Below, piece by piece: positions 23,027 through 27,736 of a DNA stretch of 27,736 bases. Both the position numbers and the translations under genes were made by a program. The first letter of the stretch is position 1. Each line of letters begins with the position of its first letter. Source of the DNA: a virus. Its lineage: Duplodnaviria > Caudoviricetes. The stretch lies in the IMG/VR virus record IMGVR_UViG_3300025771_000143, positions 1 to 27,736 of that record; one strand, 5' to 3'. A model generated the notes under the pieces. It worked only from the letters and a program-made list of their open reading frames with translations, had not been told where the DNA came from and ran no database searches.

Positions 23027-23506
23027 ATGGCACGTCTCTTGATCTGCAACACCTGTAAGACGGTCGATAAGTTGCCGAACTACGCAACTGAGAACGACCC
23101 CGAGGCTAAGCACGATCATCACCTACGTGATGCCATCGACCTGCACATGCGGAAGTTCGGTGGTCCCCCTGATCGGCACAAGGCCAACCTCTTCAGCATC
23201 GACGACGCTGAGTTGGAACTCATCGACGAGTCACGTCTACAGCAGGCTGTCCACGACGGTCGCCTTGAGGCGTTCCTGAAGGAAGAGCGTGAGCAGTACA
23301 AGACCGACGCTCTGGGGTGCTACAACCTCCACAACAGGCCCACGGTGGGCGCTGGGTATGGCTCTGGGTGCCCTGACTACCGTGACAAGAGCCGTGCTAT
23401 CGGGCGTACCGCTGGTCTGCCCCCCGAGGAGTGGAACTACCTCTGCGACTTCTGCCCGTACCACTCGTACGTTGAGCACCAACTCAACAAGAAGCGCAAG
23501 TTCTGA
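23027..23506 (+). CDS. Cys/His-rich putative Zn-binding protein
   Basis: N-terminal CNTC, GCYNLH, GCPDY, C-terminal CDFCPYH. Confidence 0.7.
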   Translation: MARLLICNTCKTVDKLPNYATENDPEAKHDHHLRDAIDLHMRKFGGPPDRHKANLFSIDDAELELIDESRLQQAVHDGRLEAFLKEEREQYKTDALGCYNLHNRPTVGAGYGSGCPDYRDKSRAIGRTAGLPPEEWNYLCDFCPYHSYVEHQLNKKRKF

Positions 23507-23706
23507 TGAACGCCACCACGCAGAAGGCGCTGAACACCGCCCTGCTGGTGGGGTGTATCTACGAGATCATTGCCCTCGTGTCCCACGCTGTGCCCACGAT
23601 CACTCGTCTTCTACGCCTTCTAGGCTCTAAGCCTTTCGGTAAGGCGCTGGTATGGATGTGGTGTGGGTACGTCTCGTGGCACTTCTTGGAGCCGCTGGAC
23701 TCGTGA
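23506..23706 (+). CDS. Small membrane protein
   Basis: Two hydrophobic segments (ALLVGCIYEIIALV; ALVWMWCGYVSWHFL) joined by an amphipathic basic stretch. Confidence 0.65.
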   Translation: MNATTQKALNTALLVGCIYEIIALVSHAVPTITRLLRLLGSKPFGKALVWMWCGYVSWHFLEPLDS

Positions 23707-24179
23707 TCCTGTTCAACTTCGACGTACTGGCTCGCCCCAACACTGAACTGGGGGCGAGGGTCCCCGATCCAGAGGGCGTGTACCTCTGGCGTGCCCTGCA
23801 CGAAGCCTCGGTGGGTCGCTTGGGCGTGCTCTACAGCGGTGATCCAGACACCGTGATGTTTGAGAACTGGATGAAGATCAACCAGATCAAGGCCATCATG
23901 TACGACACCACTGGAACAACGGAACCTAGGGTGTGCGCCGAAAAAGCAGCAGCGATCTTGGCTGCTTCCGGCGGCAGAAGTATGTACTTTGATACCAACC
24001 CTGAGGTGATATCGCATACATACAGTATGGGTACGCCGTCCCTACTGGTATGTCAGCCGTATGTGGTGCGCCCTGAGTGGTCTACTGAAAAGCCCATGAA
24101 AGGCTGGGACGTTCTTACCGAGGAGATCGACCGGCAGGCCATCGCCCGTGCCGAGAAGAAGTGGGGTGACTTCACGTGA
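23703..24179 (+). CDS. Degenerate HAD-fold protein
   Basis: GTGA overlap start; ILFNFDVL (motif I-like, N for the first D), P.PEG, FENWM, MYFDTNP (motif IV-like), GTPSLL. Confidence 0.55.
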   Translation: MILFNFDVLARPNTELGARVPDPEGVYLWRALHEASVGRLGVLYSGDPDTVMFENWMKINQIKAIMYDTTGTTEPRVCAEKAAAILAASGGRSMYFDTNPEVISHTYSMGTPSLLVCQPYVVRPEWSTEKPMKGWDVLTEEIDRQAIARAEKKWGDFT

Positions 24180-25609
24180 GAATCATTCTGTCTGGAGGCG
24201 AGAAGGGTACCTATCGCAACATCTTGACCTCTATTGGGGTGCCTTCGATAGCCCTCAATATCACCCAGTTCAACGTCCCCAAGACCAAAGAGATCGACCT
24301 CAAGGAACTTCTGGGCGGGGCGTCCATCACTGTCTACACCTCGGACGGGGACGAGGACGTGGACAAGTTCGACGAGTTCATCCGCACTCACGCTGACAGT
24401 ATCGACATTGTTATCGGGCGACCCGACTACAACGGGGAGTGGCTGGGGGCCAAGTACGTACCCCTGTGGAACGACGACAAGGACCCCGAGCGCCTCGCCT
24501 TCTTATGCCAAAAGCATGGTCGGGTAGCAATAAGTGATAGAGCCATAACGGGCAAAACACTGCCCCGTATCAAGCAACTTCAACAGCGCTGGGGGGCCTC
24601 GCTTATCGGCATTACAAGCAAGGTCGATACCATCGAATCAGTGGACTGGGAGGCGGTCGTCGTTTCCTCTTGGACCAGTGTTGTCCGGTACGGAGAGACC
24701 CAGATATGGGACGGTCACGGACTGCGTCGATACCCTGCTCAGAAGAAGGATTCAGCCAGAAGGAAGCACCGAAGTGACATCGTTCGTCTCAATGTGGACT
24801 ATGAGGCGGTACTGGAAGACGACGTTACAGAACTGGCGAAGTTAGCAGTCAAGTCGTGGCTCTCGTGGGAGATGCACACCTTCAATGCTGGGGCCTACCA
24901 CCCTCCAGCGGACGACGACGAGGCCGAGTTCGATAGCAATACAGAGGGGTCAGATAGCAACTATGACCCCCAAAAAGTAAGTGGCCCAAATCCGGTTTCT
25001 ACCCTCCCTGCTATTACTACCGACCCCCCTCTGACCCGGCACGAAAGTGACCGAAAGTTGCTACCGGTTATCGGCATCGAGAGAGCAATAGCGAAGAGCA
25101 CCTTCACCACCCCTGACGGCGAGGAAATCGAGGAAGATCAAGGGGTTGCGGTCAACGTGGTGCGCCACGACGGGTCTGGAATACGCAACTGCAATAGTTG
25201 CTATCTCGCACCCCGATGCCCCGGGTTTCAGGAACATGCAGAATGTGCGTACAAGATTCCCGTAGAACTGAGGACGAAGGATCAGTTACAGGCCGTGCTC
25301 ACTGCCATGTTGGAGATGCAGTCAGCGCGGGTTCTCTTCGCCCGCTTTGCTGAAGAACTAGAGGGTCAGGGGCTTGATCCTGCGGTATCAGCAGAGATGG
25401 ATAGGCTATTCAAACTCACGAAAGAGTTCAAAGATATTGAGGACTCACGTGATCTAGTTCGCTTTGAGATGGAAGCACGGGGAAGTGCTGGAGTTCTCTC
25501 AAGAATCTTTGGTGAGAAGGCGGCGAGCAAAGCAAATGAGTTATCCCGTCCCATATCAGCAGAAGAGTTAGATATGACCATCCTCGACGCACAAATCGTC
25601 GATGAGTAA
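24176..25609 (+). CDS. TGT/DpdA-like TIM-barrel (degenerate) fused to a Cys4 cluster and a helical domain
   Basis: YVPLWN, RVAISD, LIGIT, VVSSWTSVVRYG follow the phage TGT-like strand order; acidic linker; CNSC-x5-C-x8-C; helical C-terminus. Confidence 0.5.
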   Translation: MRIILSGGEKGTYRNILTSIGVPSIALNITQFNVPKTKEIDLKELLGGASITVYTSDGDEDVDKFDEFIRTHADSIDIVIGRPDYNGEWLGAKYVPLWNDDKDPERLAFLCQKHGRVAISDRAITGKTLPRIKQLQQRWGASLIGITSKVDTIESVDWEAVVVSSWTSVVRYGETQIWDGHGLRRYPAQKKDSARRKHRSDIVRLNVDYEAVLEDDVTELAKLAVKSWLSWEMHTFNAGAYHPPADDDEAEFDSNTEGSDSNYDPQKVSGPNPVSTLPAITTDPPLTRHESDRKLLPVIGIERAIAKSTFTTPDGEEIEEDQGVAVNVVRHDGSGIRNCNSCYLAPRCPGFQEHAECAYKIPVELRTKDQLQAVLTAMLEMQSARVLFARFAEELEGQGLDPAVSAEMDRLFKLTKEFKDIEDSRDLVRFEMEARGSAGVLSRIFGEKAASKANELSRPISAEELDMTILDAQIVDE

Positions 25610-25622
25610 CATATGAAATGAT

Positions 25623-25946
25623 ATGGCAAACAAGATCGTAAAGAACAACAACCGCTCGCAGGTTCTGGCTGAGGCCGACGAACTCATCAACGGGGACCGG
25701 AACAACCAGTACGGCGAACCCACTGATGACTTCCGTAAGACTGCCGACCTGTGGTCCGTCTACCTCACCTCGGTGGCGAAGGCCCCCGTCACACTGCTTC
25801 CGCATGACGTGGCAGTGCTGATGATGATGCTCAAGGTCAGTCGTATCGCTTGGTCTCCGAACAAGCGTGACAACTGGACTGACCTCGCTGGGTATGCCGC
25901 ATGTGGGTGGGACTGCGTCGTGGCCGAGTCCCTCAATGACGACTAA
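25623..25946 (+). CDS. DUF6378 family protein
   Basis: LAEADELINGDRNNQYG.P...F...ADLWS.YL...DVAVLMMMLKVSR...DNWTDLAGYA. Confidence 0.85.
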   Translation: MANKIVKNNNRSQVLAEADELINGDRNNQYGEPTDDFRKTADLWSVYLTSVAKAPVTLLPHDVAVLMMMLKVSRIAWSPNKRDNWTDLAGYAACGWDCVVAESLNDD

Positions 25947-26304
25947 GCGCTGGGCTGACGACGCTCTCTGCGCTGGCTACCACAGCGAGATGTGGTATCC
26001 GCCCCTCTTCAAGGAGGAGCGGACTGCCCCCGAGGCTCAGTACTACGATCTAGGCAAGTTGATCTGCGAGCACTGCCCTATCCAGCAAGAGTGCGCCGAG
26101 CGTGGAGCCGACGAGGAGTACGGCATGTGGGGCGGTCTTACACCTAAAGAGCGGAGGCTCAATAGACCCCGGCCCACGAAGACGTACCTGCCGTTGGATA
26201 AAATCAAGGTGCTTCCAAAGGCCGATCCAGACGTGCCTCTATTCGTCCCCGAACTGAGGCTGGAGGTCCGTAAGCATTTGAAGCGACGGCCACGGAAGAA
26301 GTAG
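25936..26304 (+). CDS. whiB: WhiB family transcription factor 1
   Basis: W...ALC...ICEHCPIQQEC...GMWGGLTPKER; basic C-terminal tail; start moved to ATG 25936. Confidence 0.9.
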   Translation: MTTKRWADDALCAGYHSEMWYPPLFKEERTAPEAQYYDLGKLICEHCPIQQECAERGADEEYGMWGGLTPKERRLNRPRPTKTYLPLDKIKVLPKADPDVPLFVPELRLEVRKHLKRRPRKK

Positions 26305-26337
26305 TATCAGAAGGTCCACCCATACAAGAGGAGCACA

Positions 26338-26631
26338 ATGAGCGAAGAACTATTCGACCACTACGACAAGGTCTCTGACCAGTACGCACTGCCGATGCTG
26401 TTACATCCCGAGAAGGATGTGCGCTGGAGGTCGGAAGCCGAATGTCGTAATCACCCCGAGGTCGACTTCTTCTACGGTCCCACTGCCCCTGCTATCGCCA
26501 TCTGCCAGAACTGCTCGGTCAGTGAGGCGTGTCTGAACTTCGCCGTCGACAACGAGATCTACTACGGGGTCTACGGTGGGCTGTCCGGTAAGGACCGCAG
26601 GTGGTGGCCCATCCAGCAGGAGCCATCATGA
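26338..26631 (+). CDS. whiB: WhiB family transcription factor 2
   Basis: WRSEAEC...DFF...ICQNCSVSEAC...GVYGGLSGKDR; SD GAGGAG. Confidence 0.9.
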   Translation: MSEELFDHYDKVSDQYALPMLLHPEKDVRWRSEAECRNHPEVDFFYGPTAPAIAICQNCSVSEACLNFAVDNEIYYGVYGGLSGKDRRWWPIQQEPS

Positions 26632-27701
26632 TCATCGGTGTCGCCAGTGCGGACTACCTCCGTGCTGACCGTTCCCCCGACGGGGTAGAGAAGTGGGGCG
26701 GTGCTGGCTGGGCACGACTGGGTCAGTACATCCCCTACTTCCGTGAGGCTGGTCACGAGGTCTACGTGGGCACGCTGTGGCAGAGGGACGGCAAGTTGGC
26801 CGTGGAGCAGGCAGACGGCTCGATGGAGTTCCCCGACGTGATCCTGCTACAGCGCATCATGCACGACAAGGTCGATCAGTCGATCAAGTTCGGGCAGGAG
26901 CACGGACAAGTCGTTATCAACGACCTCGATGACTGGTACTGGGGGCTGGACCCGAGCAACGAGGCGTTCAAGGCATCGCACCCCAAGTACAACCAGATCG
27001 AGAACACGCTCTTCTACGCCAAGAACATGCAGGCATCGGACCTGATCACCACCAGCACCCCGTATCTGGCGCAGAGGCTGAAGGAGAAGTTCAAGAGGGA
27101 CCCCATCATCCTGCCGAACTGCATCGACGTGGGGCGGTTCTCTCCCGTCGATCAGGACGTAGACGTACCCACAGTGGGCTGGGTCGGCTCCACGTCGCAT
27201 CGCTCAGGAGACATTGAGACGTTGCGTGGAGTCTTTGAGCGGTTCCTGCGTGACGGTCAGATCAAGATGTACCACGGGGGCGACGCTGAGACCTCGCCGT
27301 CATTCGCCAGCGCCATCGGACTAGATGATGAGTTGGTGGAGCGGTCCCCCAGAAGGACAACCGAGGAGTACCCGCAGTTGCTGACTATGCAGATCGGTAT
27401 GGTGCCACTGCGTGATACCCCCTTCAACATGGCTAAGAGCGCTATCAAAGGCTTAGAGTATGCGGCTTCGGGGATTCCGTTCATCGCTGCCGCGCTGCCG
27501 AGTTACCGGGAGATCCACGATTTGTGGGGCGGCGGCTTCATGCTGGCTAAGCGCCCTATGGACTGGGTAAAGGCCACTAAGAAACTGCTTGATAAGGCAT
27601 ATCGGATCGAACTCCAGCAGTCTCTGTTGATTAGTGCTAAACAGCACGACATCCAGCACGGGGCGAAGGCATGGCTGGACCTACTAGAAGGGTTGGCGTA
27701 A
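26628..27701 (+). CDS. GT-B fold (GT4-like) glycosyltransferase
   Basis: DLDD, ITTST.YLA, LPNCID, VGWVGS, PFNMAKSAIKGLEYAASGIPFIA; ATGA overlap start 26628. Confidence 0.88.
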   Translation: MIIGVASADYLRADRSPDGVEKWGGAGWARLGQYIPYFREAGHEVYVGTLWQRDGKLAVEQADGSMEFPDVILLQRIMHDKVDQSIKFGQEHGQVVINDLDDWYWGLDPSNEAFKASHPKYNQIENTLFYAKNMQASDLITTSTPYLAQRLKEKFKRDPIILPNCIDVGRFSPVDQDVDVPTVGWVGSTSHRSGDIETLRGVFERFLRDGQIKMYHGGDAETSPSFASAIGLDDELVERSPRRTTEEYPQLLTMQIGMVPLRDTPFNMAKSAIKGLEYAASGIPFIAAALPSYREIHDLWGGGFMLAKRPMDWVKATKKLLDKAYRIELQQSLLISAKQHDIQHGAKAWLDLLEGLA

Positions 27702-27736
27702 TGGAACTCCTGCTGTGGCTGGGCCTCACCATCGTC
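27701..27736 (+). CDS. Start of a hydrophobic (membrane or secreted) protein, truncated by window
   Basis: TAATG coupling; MELLLWLGLTIV. Confidence 0.5.
   Translation, partial: MELLLWLGLTIV

Noticed and set aside
23506-23706. Holin call for the small membrane protein
   Set aside because: No endolysin nearby; size and hydrophobicity alone are insufficient.
1-27736. Alternative genetic code or stop-codon recoding
   Set aside because: Known genes are full length under code 11 and TAA, TAG and TGA all end genes at sensible junctions.

Overview
A 27.7 kb segment of a large, high-GC (roughly 58-60% by eye) tailed dsDNA phage, most likely a contractile-tailed phage of an actinobacterial host (baseplate J-type C-terminus, two WhiB genes, SigA-type and leaderless promoters). 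All credible genes are on the + strand and tightly packed. In order: end of the baseplate module (1-2231); a multidomain acidic protein; a replication/recombination operon (putative initiator, DnaC-like loader, DnaB, primase, SNF2 helicase, MerR-like HTH, gp32-like SSB, family A DNA polymerase, RecA, two Hjc-like resolvases, Cas4-like nuclease, SpoVS); a 5.6 kb block of 16 mostly disordered, completely cysteine-free ORFs sharing short motifs (17399-22974); and a module with a Zn-finger protein, a small membrane protein, a degenerate HAD-like protein, a degenerate TGT/DpdA-like barrel fusion, DUF6378, tandem WhiB genes and a glycosyltransferase. No tRNA, rRNA, CRISPR array, integrase or transposase was seen. 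All family calls come from motif recognition by eye, not from database searches.
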